NCBI GenBank assembly: GCA_032718475.1
Contig: JAUCBJ010002192.1
Span: forward strand, 1-40,168
Reading direction: 5' to 3'
Length of the DNA stretch: 40,168 nucleotides
DNA from: Nemertoderma westbladi
Lineage: Eukaryota > Animalia > Xenacoelomorpha
Below the pieces are notes generated by a model. It ran no database searches, had not been told where the DNA came from, and worked only from the letters and a program-made list of their open reading frames with translations. Shown here piece after piece: positions 11,935 to 23,205 of the stretch (the stretch's first letter is position 1; every line of letters begins with the position of its first letter). The translations under genes were made by a program, and so were the position numbers.

Positions 11935-13700
11935 AATAGTTAATTGTATTTTATTTATTAATCAAGCACGTTAAGTAAAAACCTTACCGGTAGGTAAGTG
12001 TCAGTGCCAAAGTATGTAAAAAACTAAAAAGCAACAAGACCAATACGTTGCATGCAATCAGTGATCAGCTGACGGCAGCCAGCTGATCGGTAGGTTTCGC
12101 AACTGAAAGCATTCTCTGGAGGCCAAGCCAGGAAATGTAGAGAGAGTTTCCCAAAGGGGGACGGAACAGGTAACGAAATGAAGATATGTCTGTACTGTAA
12201 CTAACCGCTGGGAAGCAGCACCGTAAACTTGCGCCTGTCACGTTTCTGCTTGTTGATAACCGGCTTGCGTGTTTGGATGTAATACATTTCAAGCTTTTGC
12301 AAGACTGGCCGCAATGGGTGTCTAGCAATTAATTACAGTGAAATGTTTAAACAATTCACGCCAGTCAGTCAGCCAACGTGTATTGGGCTCGCCGCGGTGC
12401 GTCATGATGTGGTTGTGCACAGTCTTACCCTGTTCGCTCCCATCATTGGCTGTCCCATCCTGGTGCTGTCTAACGCGTTCAAACAAGTGTTGGATGGTGT
12501 GTCCAACATATTCCCCCTTACAAGAGGGACAAGAGAAAGAGTAAACGACGTTAGACGCAAGGATTTCTGGGATGGGGTGTTTGAGAGATGGGAGTGACTG
12601 GCGCAGTTTAGATGTTGTAAAAACAAACCGAACCGGCCGTGTGCAAGACCTGGGTATAAGACCACGTAACTTTCGAACAAACAGATCAGTTGCCCGACCT
12701 CGGTACTCGAACTTACAGATAACAGGCTTGGAATGATCAGCAGCTGCCTGGTCAACCGGGTCAATGACCTCGGTGGGGACAGCTATTGGTGCCTCGCCCC
12801 CAGAACCACTGCCTGCACGCCACCTACCGGCTTGAACTACGGCTAGCTCATGCTCGACCATCGTATCAGCATATTGGTTATTGCTAAGAATATTCTTAGC
12901 ATCCCCAATAGCGGTATAGAGTTGGGAACCATCCCCACCCTTACTGGCGTTAAGATGCGATGAAACATACCACGAACTACACCGCGTTTGTGAGACTCAG
13001 GGGCACACGCAGTGGCATTGAGAACGAGCCCAGTATCTGTAGGCTTGCGGTACCACGGAGTTGAAAGTGCGTGACTCGTACGTGTCACAACCCTATCGAG
13101 AAAGGACAAGCGACCCTGTTCCTCCAACTCAATGGTAAACTTGAGATTCGGATGGAGGTCATTGATCTCCCTCAACTTCTCAGTGGGGTCGTTACTTCCA
13201 ACACTGAACAGTCGTACTGAGCCTGGTCCCCACATTGATCTGCTTGTCGAACTGTGAGAGAAAGATGTTGGCGAGTATGGGACCTAAAGGGGACCCCCAT
13301 AGCGACACCATCTTTCTGACAGACGTAGTTGCCATGGTGATCTAGGAATACAACATCCTTGGTAGCCAACAGCATCAGACAAATAAATTGGTCCTTGCTG
13401 ATTGGATGGCTGTCCGGATGCCGCTCATACAGTAGATCAACAGAGAGCTGCACCGCCTCCCTCAGTGGGACGTTAGTGAATAAACTCACAACGTCCAATG
13501 AGTAGAGACGGTCCGTGGGTTCTACATCCAGTTCAGCTAGAAGACTGGCAGCCTCAGCACTGTTAGTCGATATCTTTCCTTCGGGCAGCACGTCCAACAT
13601 ATCTCTGAGGAACTCAGCGATAGGATGGTAAATGCTGCCGGGCATGGAGGTTATTGGACGTAGGGGGACACCAGCCTTGTGGCAAGGCCCTACAGCCTTG
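11935..13700 (-). mobile_element. Degenerate Penelope-like element (RT plus GIY-YIG endonuclease)
   Basis: Frameshifted ORFs give HKAGVPLRPITS, SLDVVSLFTNVP, QKDGVAMG, HPNLKFTIELE..LSFLD, WYRKPTDTG and VVYSFSCPSCKGEYVGHT..LFERVRQH. The catalytic YxDD region is missing. The 3' UTR ends in AATAAATAAAAT. Confidence 0.92.
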
Positions 13701-13929
13701 GTGGAGTGGTATCCTTGCGAGGCAATAGCCTTGCTCGGAGTTCCTTACTCTCTTTCCCCACAATACTGATGACCTCGTCACGAATAACCTCTGCCCTCCG
13801 ACGGTAGATATGTATTGGGGCGAAACCGACCGATCTATGGTAGTGCTTGTTGGGATCTGTGGTCCGATAATTGTAATATAATTTTTACAGCCTGGAATAA
13901 TCATGTATTTATAATAATAATATAATAAT

Positions 13930-14480
13930 ATTTTTGGATTACCAAACATTTCGCATAGATTTATAATTGAGCGGTTGGCTGATTTTGCACACCCAAGGGT
14001 TATGCTTTGTAAAAGGTTTGTTAATTTTACTACTAGTAGTGTTATGAATTATTCTAAATTGTGTGTCCGTTTCTTGGCTAATTTGGTACATAATGATTGT
14101 CGGAGTAGGACTGGGTTAAAGTTAAGGCGAATTGCCAATGAATGCAATATTTTTGATATTAATAATTTAAATAAAGTTTCAGTCAATACGTTGCGGTATG
14201 TTGACTCACCACCTAGTTCTAAATGGAGGATAGTATGTGCAGGGAATTATCAGGGGTCTTAAAGTTTGGGCCAGAAATAAATGGGTTTAGTAGGACTGAA
14301 ATTCAGGATATTTTACTATACGTATCTAGTACATGATTTTATGTCTGATTGTTAATCTCCTCTGTTTAATTATCTATTTACTTTTTTTTGTGCTTGGGCT
14401 CTACTAATTCAACTGTCGTATATTACCGGTCTTAAGTATTCTGTTCCTATGTTAACGATGATAATAATAATAATAATAAA
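13930..14480 (+). mobile_element. 3' remnant of a LINE ORF2 with (ATA)n tail
   Basis: IFGLPNISHRFIIERLADFAHPRVML.KRF..VRFL..DCRSRTG resembles the C-terminal region of LINE ORF2 proteins. Tail ATAATAATAA at 14461-14480. Clade uncertain. Confidence 0.55.
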
Positions 14481-14740
14481 GTGCCGGATGACAGTTCCAG
14501 GCCCATTATCTGTAAGTTTGAGTACCGTGGCCGGGCAAACCGACCTCTTTGTTCGAAGGTTGCGTGGTCTCATACCCACGTCGCGAAACCTACCGATCAG
14601 CTGTCTACAGTCAGCTGATCACTATTACATGCATGTCTGGGTCTCCAGTCGATTTTCATTTACTTGTTGTAAATACCTACCGGTATGGTTTTTACTATTA
14701 GTAGCTTGAAGTGAAATATAAATAAAATATAATTATCAAC
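14481..14740 (+). mobile_element. Internally deleted Penelope fragment (same family as 11935-13700, opposite strand)
   Basis: TTATCTGTAAGTTTGAGTACCG..TTTGTTCGAAGGTTGCGTGGTCT matches the reverse complement of 12655-12722 and is joined directly to the 3' end GCGAAACCTACCGATCAGCTG..CAGCTGATCAC. Confidence 0.85.
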
Positions 14741-14799
14741 TTTTCAAGCTTTCTTACTACTGCTTAAATGATAATATTGCTATTTTGTCATGGTCAACC

Positions 14800-15190
14800 A
14801 CTGTATGGAAGGCCAAATAGCCTTTATAGTAAAATTTGAAAATTTATAGCCCCCCCCCCCCCCCTCGGGGCTGGCGGCGAAATTAAAGATTTCACTTAAA
14901 TTGCTACTAGTCCCTCAATTTTGTCCAAATTTCTTGAAACCAACTTTTTTGGACTCCGCGTCATCGACTCTACAAAAGTTTAAAAGTTTAATTAAAATTG
15001 GCCAATTAGAAAAAATGGTAATACTGTATTTATCAAAATTCCATAGTGATAACTTTTAAAGAGCTTCAAAATATCGTTCAAATGAGCCAAAAACGAAGTA
15101 AATTGGTTGAAAATGACGGAGGAGTAGTAATTTGAAAATGAAAAATGTCATTCCGAGAAAATGCCCTTCAATAAAGTTTAAACCGTCCCG
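14800..15190. repeat. Probable non-autonomous DNA-transposon remnant
   Basis: Imperfect inverted motifs AAATTGCTACTAGTCCCTCAATTTT and AAAATGACGGAGGAGTAGTAATTT. The motif ACGGAGGAGTAGT recurs at 240-252. Confidence 0.4.
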
Positions 15191-15491
15191 CCAAAATTGG
15201 CTGTCTGTGTTCTGGTTGTTTAATTATTTCTGGCACGAAGGATGCACACCAACGAGCTAAAATGTTCATTGCGGGGGTTTTCGGGGTCGCTGATTTTATT
15301 TCCGATGTCAGTTTTAATTTTTGGTGGAATCTAGTCTATCTGTCTGTCTGTTGGTCTTATGTCTTTCTTACAATTTGACGGAGAGACCATCATATAGAAA
15401 AACAGTGATAACTCGAGAACTGAAAGAGGTCTCACTAAGCGGTTTTCAGATTTGTAATCCTCATTTAATTCTGCTCTAGGTGAAATAAAGA

Positions 15492-15862
15492 TGTAGGCTT
15501 GCGGTACCACGCTGTTGAGTCAACCCGAGTGACAACCAAATCAAGAAAGGACAAGTGCCATCCATCTCAAGGGTAAACCTAAGATTGGGATGGAGTGCCG
15601 GTGTCCCACTCCGTCCCATTACCTCTCTGCCCGGCAGCATTTACCATCCTGTCGCTGGGTTTCTCAGAGACATGCTGGATGTGCTGCCTGAAGGCAAGAT
15701 ATCTACTAACAGCTCTGGGGCTGCCGATCGTCTCGCTGAACTAGAGGTAGAACCCACGGACCGCCTCTACTCACTGGACGTTGTGAGTTTATTCACTAAC
15801 GTCCCACTGAGGGAGGTGGTGCAGCTTGCTGCTGATCTACTGTATGAGCGGCATCCGGACTA
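15492..15862 (+). mobile_element. Penelope RT fragment with an inverted segment
   Basis: 15596-15862 encodes AGVPLRPITSLPGSIYHP..SLDVVSLFTNVPL on +. 15492-15595 resembles 13038-13156 in the same orientation, so it is antisense to the adjacent piece. Confidence 0.85.
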
Positions 15863-16554
15863 CTAGGATCAGCATTGTAGCTGCATTTTTAAGAATGCTG
15901 TGCCATCCTATCTCTAACAGCGGGCCTATATTTACCGTCCTCAAATAAGCTTAGGTAAAGTTTTGGGTGAAATATAAGTACAATAATTATTGTATATAAA
16001 ACAATCACATTTATTTATATATAAATTTTCAACTCGAGTATTGCTGCAGGTCATTAATTTCATTAATAATTTTTGTGTAGAAACCGATCTGTAAACATCT
16101 CACGTGCAGCGCGAAGATGACATTATCATAGTTCCCTACCCCCGAATGCGTTACTGCTGGTATATTAATACAATAGTTGGCTCTGCCAAAACACTGTACG
16201 TACAGTTAAAACGAGTTACAGTACGGCGCTATTAGAACATAGTAATTGGGTTAGACCACATGAGTTTAATATACCCATTTTATTATTATTACATATCGTT
16301 TCACCAGTAATTAAATATTATGAATTGAGCATAAATCCCTCTAAAAAATATCTGGTAGATATAAACATAATATCGCTGCATCAATATAATGCTTCATCAT
16401 TAGTGAATTAATTAATAATTAATTGTTTCACTTATATTGTACAGTAGTTGTGTTCCTGTGATTATTGGTCTGATTTGTGAGTAACCATTGCGTCAGTGTA
16501 ACCGATCGAAACTATGAAATATTTTACAAATAATTCGAATTGAGTCTAACAACT

Positions 16555-16701
16555 ATGGAATATCTAACCGAAGATCAAATATCTGAGTTCAAGGAAGCAT
16601 TTTCTATGTTTGATAGGGAAAATAATGGAGCAATAACTATAGGTGAACTGGGAACGGTGCTGAGATCCTTGGGGCAAAACCCCACTGAAGCTGAAATGCT
16701 G
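16555..16701 (+). CDS. Calmodulin-like protein, coding exon 1 ([26 protein letters not shown])
   Basis: ATG at 16555, calmodulin N-lobe sequence, phase-0 donor GTAAAT at 16702. Confidence 0.9.
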
Positions 16702-16934
16702 GTAAATAATATACTACAATTATTACGTGACTATATATCTATATTACTATATTCTATACTATATTTACTATATTCAGTTAAAGGAAGTCTTCTCTATTCA
16801 TTTGAGTAGCGTAGCAGCTTTTTTTTATTGACATTCGATTTAATTTAGCCTATATCATTGGGATAGATCTTTTTACAGAACACAAGCGAACACAGTAGAA
16901 CACACCCGAACACACTCCAAAAACTGCCGAACAT

Positions 16935-17785
16935 AAACGAACACAGTCGAAAATAGAAAGAGCACAAAAAAATAACACCGGGTACCAACTTTTAGATAAA
17001 ATTAGCCACGCGTTGCTTTCTATAAGAAAATTCCTGAAATTGTTGAATAAAATTGTCGCGAAATTAAATATTCATTTCTTATCAGATCAGGCCTAGCCTA
17101 AACCGACAACTAATAATTTAACATTGTAGTAGGCCTAAGTTATGTGTGGTTAGCACCGGGACAGAGATCCCTACTGGTACCTGCCAGGGTAGGTACCTAA
17201 CCGGGACCCAGCTCTTCATATTCCAGTACAGCAGTAGGCAGGTAGGTACCGGTACCTATGTTGTACCGACGTGTTGTACCGTACATCATGTACATTACGT
17301 TCGGTAACGGGCCTAACTTCCTAATTCATATCCTCAGCAATCAGTTCCAGACCAAGCTATTCCAGTACGCAGGCAAACAGGCCTATTAGCTAACCCGCTA
17401 TTACTATGGACTAAGGACCCCCTTGGAAATAAGCTGCAAAGCTTTAGGGGTAATCCTATATGTTATGTTGGACAATACCTTTATACCGGTACATTGTTTG
17501 GTGTAGTTGTTATTGTTTTTACATAATGTATAAATAAATCTATCTATCTATTTATGTGACAGGTACGGTACCCGGTAGGCTTCCCTACATAGTTTGATTA
17601 TATAGTACAGCAGTACGAGAAATGATACGCCTACCTGATAAGAAATGAATATTTAATTTCGCGACAATTTTATTCAATAATTTCGGAAATTTTCTTATAG
17701 AAAAGCAACGCGTGGCTAATTGTATCTAAAAGTTGGCACCCGGTGTTATTTTTTTGTGCTCTTCTATTTTCGACTGTGTTCGTTT
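16935..17785. repeat. About 150-bp inverted repeat pair (16935-17085 and 17635-17785) in calmodulin-like intron 1; MITE/foldback-like
   Basis: AAACGAACACAGTCGAAAATAG..TTCATTTCTTATCAG and its reverse complement, with few mismatches. No TSD recognised. Confidence 0.85.
17413..17553 (+). mobile_element. Probable 3' end of a CR1/L2-group LINE
   Basis: AGGACCCCCTTGGAAATAAGC..GCTTTAGGGGTAATCCT stem-loop followed by AATAAA and a (TCTA)n tail. Confidence 0.5.
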
Positions 17786-17889
17786 GTGATACATAAACAT
17801 CAGATTTATTGTGTTCTTTTTCGAATTAAAAAGTAATAATTTTAATTCAAGTAGAAGCTTGAAAACCAATAATTAATAATTATATTGAA

Positions 17890-18012
17890 TTTCTCTTTAC
17901 ATTTCCTGGCTTGGCCTCCTGAGAATGCCTTAAGCTGCGGGGCGAAACCTACCGATCAGATCCGTTAGGTTTTTACTTAACGTGCTTGATAATAAATAAA
18001 TATAAATTATTA
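17890..18012 (+). mobile_element. Penelope 3'-end (pLTR) fragment within intron 1
   Basis: TACATTTCCTGGCTTGGCCTCC..GCGAAACCTACCGATCAG..GGTTTTTACTTAACGTGCTTGAT matches the reverse complement of 11960-12140. Confidence 0.85.
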
Positions 18013-18104
18013 ATTTTAATTCATTAATTTGAAGGAATGTCAATGATTGACCAGATAAATTATCATGTAATGTGTCATTTATTCTGTTACTTTCGATATT
18101 TCAG

Positions 18105-18239
18105 GATATGATAAGTGATTTAGAATTGGATGAAGATAATAATATTGATTTTCCACAATTCCTTAAAATGATGGCGAAAAAGATGGACGAGACTAATGAA
18201 GAAGATGAAATTCGTGAAGCATTCAAGATGTTTGACAAG
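18105..18239 (+). CDS. Calmodulin-like protein, exon 2 ([30 protein letters not shown])
   Basis: Acceptor TTTCAG ending at 18104, 135 nt in frame, donor GTTGGT at 18240. Confidence 0.9.
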
Positions 18240-18733
18240 GTTGGTCTGGCCGAATTTAATCGACAACAATATGTTGACAACTTGAACTGTTCAAGTATAA
18301 TGTACAACAATGCATACTGAGCTTTCAGTGAATTGAATTTGAGCTTACACGTGTCTTGCACGTTTGGTCTGGTTACGCTGATATGGTTACCGGAAGGTGT
18401 TTTCGCTTTTTGTATAAGGTTGAATCTACTGTAAATCTACAAGTTTGACACTCTGTACAGTGTGCAACGAGTTTTATTTGTTATTGGACTTAGTTTAGCA
18501 AAGTTTAGTTTATTTATTTAGCAAAGTTGGACTGCGTTTTGAGCAGGAGGTGAAAACTAAAAACTTGTATATTATCTTATATTTTCGTATTAACACTGTC
18601 ATAAATATATGTAGATCATTTGCCAGCATAATTTTGTATATGATGGGATTAGAAGAACAATTTACATTATTTTTCGGTTGAATGATTGTAAAAAATTGTT
18701 CAAAATAAGTAATTTAATTTCAAATTATTGTAG

Positions 18734-18895
18734 AATGGCAGTGGATATATTAGTGCGGTTGAGTTGCGAACGGCGATGCAGAGTCTCGGCGAGAAGTTGG
18801 CGCCGTCGGAAGTCGAAGAGATGATTCGGGAGGCGGACACAGACGGAGACGGAAAGATAGACTACGAGGAATTCGTTAATATGCTTCTACATTAA
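18734..18895 (+). CDS. Calmodulin-like protein, exon 3 ([31 protein letters not shown]); spliced product 147 aa
   Basis: Not in the ORF track. Acceptor TTGTAG ending at 18733, manual translation gives EF-hands 3 and 4, TAA at 18893-18895, AATAAA at 18916. Confidence 0.9.
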   Translation, partial: NGSGYISAVELRTAMQSLGEKLAPSEVEEMIREADTDGDGKIDYEEFVNMLLH

Positions 18896-19659
18896 TTTAT
18901 TTTATATTAAACTTAAATAAAATATTGAGCAATTTATATTATATATAATATATATTATTACATTTGTTTAAAAATTGAATGAAAATCCTTACGCAGTTTA
19001 AAAAAAAAATTTTAATTATTTTTTTTTAATTTGATCAAAATTACAATAACTAACAACTTATTTATAAAGTATTGGAAATGTATATGATTTCAATAAACAT
19101 AAACACTGCCAAATTAATGTTCTGGTTGAAAGTAGGAATATTAATATTTACATCGCCACCAGCGCAGCACCAGCAAGGCAATCTACACACCAACTAACAT
19201 TTCAAGTAATCTTATGCCCCATTTCGAAATACAAGCAGAGGCACAACTCACTTAAATTGTTTTTAATCGATCACCCCGCAACTTTTTTTATTTATGTACA
19301 AACCTAAATTAATGACTTCTTGAAGTGTTCATACTGGAATTTAGATTTTATTAACGAAGGAAAAGTCGTAAATTGTACCCAGATATTATTGTCTAAGATT
19401 GTTGTAAAGTAGGAATTCTAAAAACATAGTGATACTCAGACTCCACACTGTTTGTATCACACAATCTGCACAATATGCCATCTCGCGGGATGCCTTGCCA
19501 TCTTCCCGTTTCCACCGCTAGTTGGTGTCACCAGCAGCGGAACTGGGTAATTACTCTGCGTATCTTCACATGCCCACACACACACAGACTATCCTGGTAA
19601 ATCTCAGGACCAAAGCTATGCTTAAAATAATAATCACCTCGTGACGACTCCGCTTCTGA

Positions 19660-19945
19660 TGACCATCACTGTTGTAAAAATACATCCCTAATTCGTTGCT
19701 TAAATTCCAACATGAATGTTCCCTCGCCCGGTACATCTTGGGCATTCCATGCCCACACAAAACCCGATTCATTCAGTACAGTTCGAATCCTTGACACCCA
19801 GTTACTCGCACCTTCACCGGCATGTCGCATTAACCTGGGGTCGGCCTTTTTTAAGAGCTTGATCCAAAATTTGATTTGTATAACTAATTCCACTAGTGGT
19901 AGACAATAGTATAGCACAAGTGGGATGACTCCAGATTCACCCAAA
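19660..19945 (-). mobile_element. LINE ORF2 C-terminal remnant, RTEX-like
   Basis: GESGVIPL..IKFWIKL..NWVSRIRTVLNESGFVWAW.AQ..FKQRIRDVFLQ pattern. Confidence 0.6.
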
Positions 19946-22659
19946 AACTATCTTCACACAAAGAAATAATTTTATTAATTTTAGATTCAGTTGTTCCGTT
20001 TCCTTGGAATTGGCAAATCCCCAAACCTCCGTCCCCGATTTATCATCCCGATTTTGGGGTATATTCTCCGAGCTAAACAGTAACAATTGAAGAATAAACG
20101 AATTTGGTTATTCCTTTAATTGCTATTTAATTGACCTTCTTACTTTAGTCTCGGCCACGGACGTAACTGAGAAGCTACTGTGTGTGCGGTATATTAGAGC
20201 GAACAAATTTATTACACCCCCCCCCCCCCCGCCCCTCATTATAAAAAATACTGGGATCAAATGAGTTTCAAGAAACTTTCTTGGAATAGTAAATGTGACA
20301 CCGAATAATAGAGTGTTATAATAGGGATTAATCAGCTGACGCGAGGGTTGCTTTTCCCTAAAACCTAACGCTAAATAACATAAGTAGCACAAAATAATTA
20401 TGGTATTTTTAATCCATTCGCGTAATCTTTGATTAAGATTCACGGATAATCTGAGTTGATAATTAGAAATAATATATCAGATTGCGTTTAGAACAGGGAT
20501 AAAGGGAAGATGTTTTGAATTTTAATCAAAATTCAGAATTGGCGAACAATAAATCCCTTTGATTTTTTTCTTTCTGGGTTTTACTTGTATTAAATTTTTC
20601 CCGTGTACAGTTGTAGACCAGAATGCTAATGGCACTCACCTTTGAACATTTTCTATTAGTAAGCCCATAGGCCTACAGTAAACCAATCTGCATCTGTTTT
20701 ATATTCTAAACATTTTTGCAAAGCAATGCACTGTTCCAACCTCATCATACTGCAGAGCATTTAAATTCATCGCAATAGACGGGTGCAAAAACGGCACAGA
20801 AATAGATATACTCTTCGCAAAATGAGTAAATTGAGTTTTATAAAATTTTTTAGAGATATAAGTGGAAACAATGTTCTAGAGCACGTATCAATTAGCAAAT
20901 CATATAAAACTATCTAGTAAAAAATAGTGCTATGACAAAAAATATTTTTTCTAGAAGATTCATTAGTGTTAATGAGGGGGGGAGGGGGGGGGGGGGGGGG
21001 GGGGGTGGGGTAACAAACAATACAGAAACACCTTTAACACGTTTGTTACTCGAGACCTATCAGCGAGCTAGTAAAAGGCCTGTGGCCGAAATATTGCTCA
21101 ATTTGCCAATTTTGGTTACTTGACGGTCAGTCTCCCCTTATCTATTATTATGATTTCAACAGTAACTCGGGCGCGACAACTCCTCTCAACATCAGTTTTC
21201 TCATAATTTTTCTCAAACTCAAGTTATTACCCAAAACGTAAGAGCTAGTCTGATTTTTGACAAGCCTTCGAGCAGCACTATATTTCACAATTGTACGGGG
21301 CCCTTTTCATAAAAAAGGCTCTCACGGTACAGATGTTTAAAATTGCTAAAACATTGTTTTACTAGTTAACTGTTTAGCAAGCATGAAAAAATTCGTTGAA
21401 ATTCATTCATTTTTGACAAAGTTATAGTTTAACATAGAAAAATAGTATTATCTAAAATAGCGGGAAGGTTTGAATTGTTCTTTAAACTTTAATTAAACAC
21501 CCATATCTCAGAATGAAGATTTTTCATGAAAAACGCTATTTATCCGCCAATTTTAACTGAAATGAGTTGTAATTTGGTACACTTGTTAACATTACCCTTC
21601 TACATTCTTCTTCTGAGCAAATTTAGTTGGAAATGCCCTGGAGCCTTTTTATATCAAAAAGACCCAAAAAAGCGCCAATATTTGGGGCCTTTTAGTTATA
21701 AAAAGCTCCAGATTATTTGAGGTAAAATTTGTTCAGAAGAATTGGATGCAGTTTTCTTCTGAAGATATATTCAAAATTTCGACAAATTTCAACAAACATT
21801 GGTGGAGAAATAGCCCTTGGCGCAAAAAGGCACCTTTGGCCAATACGGAGCCATTTTGGGGCCAATTTTAAAAATATTTGGTTTGGTTATTCTCACACAG
21901 TCCAGACGATGCTTAGTAGCACAAAAATAATTTTCCCCCAATTTTAGGGTCCAGAGACACAAAAATATGAGGTTCAATTTAGGGGTGCTACCCCCCCCCC
22001 CCTTCTTAAACAAATTGCAATTGTAATATGTTATAGAACACAACATTTAAATATCAGACAAGTACGAGCTTGTCGAAAGAATATAGAAGAGTTCTTGTAG
22101 GTCTACATTACAGTAGGGCCTATATTTTATTTTAGAACGTTTTATATTAAACAAACCACCACCTCCTTTTTTTAATAACTGCTACAAAATATTGTAGGAA
22201 GATAGTGGACACCTTTCTTTCTACTGGCCTCGCCGGATTTTCAATTATTGCAAATTATTTAGCTACATAAAGAACAATCCGTTAAAATTTGGATTCATTT
22301 TTCGCATAGAAACCGCCTGCAAGAAAGGTGGCCTTGTTATTCACCGCCATTGTGAACTGCGTGATAACATCATCGGCGATCTGGCATACGGGAACCAGTT
22401 GTGAGGGAGCAACTAGAGGATGGTGATGAATCCGGACTGCGCTGCGCTGCGATGATAAGGGGAGCACTAAAGCGGTGCAGTGAGTAGGTTAACCAACCTT
22501 GATGCAGCGCCGACTCATACTTGAATCGCTCTCCCATGTCCGTACTCGAAGGTGCGGCGGAGGAGAAGAAGCTACACTGCTGCTGTCACAGCACGTCGCG
22601 GAGACATCTCCCCATGTGTGGCTTCTTGTGAAGGATTCATGGCCCCACAAGACAAGATA

Positions 22660-22855
22660 CTGCTCCGTAATTGCCACACAACTGACCCACTCTTGGAGTA
22701 AACCTTACTCAACAGTAATGGGCTGGGTTCGAGCGCGAATCATGTTCGCCATCATCCGAGGGACGACTCATTGCCTGAGAGGGTCCCATACCAAGTGGCG
22801 CAGTGGGCTGGGGATTGAGGACGGTGCGGGTCTCGCAATTTTTTTCGGAAGTTGA
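22660..22855 (+). mobile_element. 3' remnant of an RLE-type (CRE-like) non-LTR retrotransposon
   Basis: WSKPYSTVMGWVRARIMFAIIRGTTHCLRGS matches the recalled C-terminal helix pattern (YS.VM.W.R.R.SFA..R....CLRGS) that follows the restriction-like endonuclease. Confidence 0.65.
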
Positions 22856-23205
22856 AAGGGAAGTCTAAAATACATCTAAAAATGGTTGATGTATTAAGGG
22901 ATATGGTGTAATAATAAAGCTAGGCATTTGATTATCGTCAGAAAATATTTAGAACATTTGTTTAAATACATGAAAGAAAATATTACAATGTTCTAAACAA
23001 AATTGCGAACATTAATAATGACCAGAAGAATATAATAATGACCATAAGAATAAGAATAATGCTACGTTATTTGAGAGAAAATCGCAAATATTGCGGCAAT
23101 TGCAAAATTTGCGAAATTTCAATTTCTGTGCCATATTCCAAAATAGCTTAATTAGTTCCCTCGTTTTTATCTCAACATTAATTTCCCTAATTCCTATTTA
23201 ACGTA

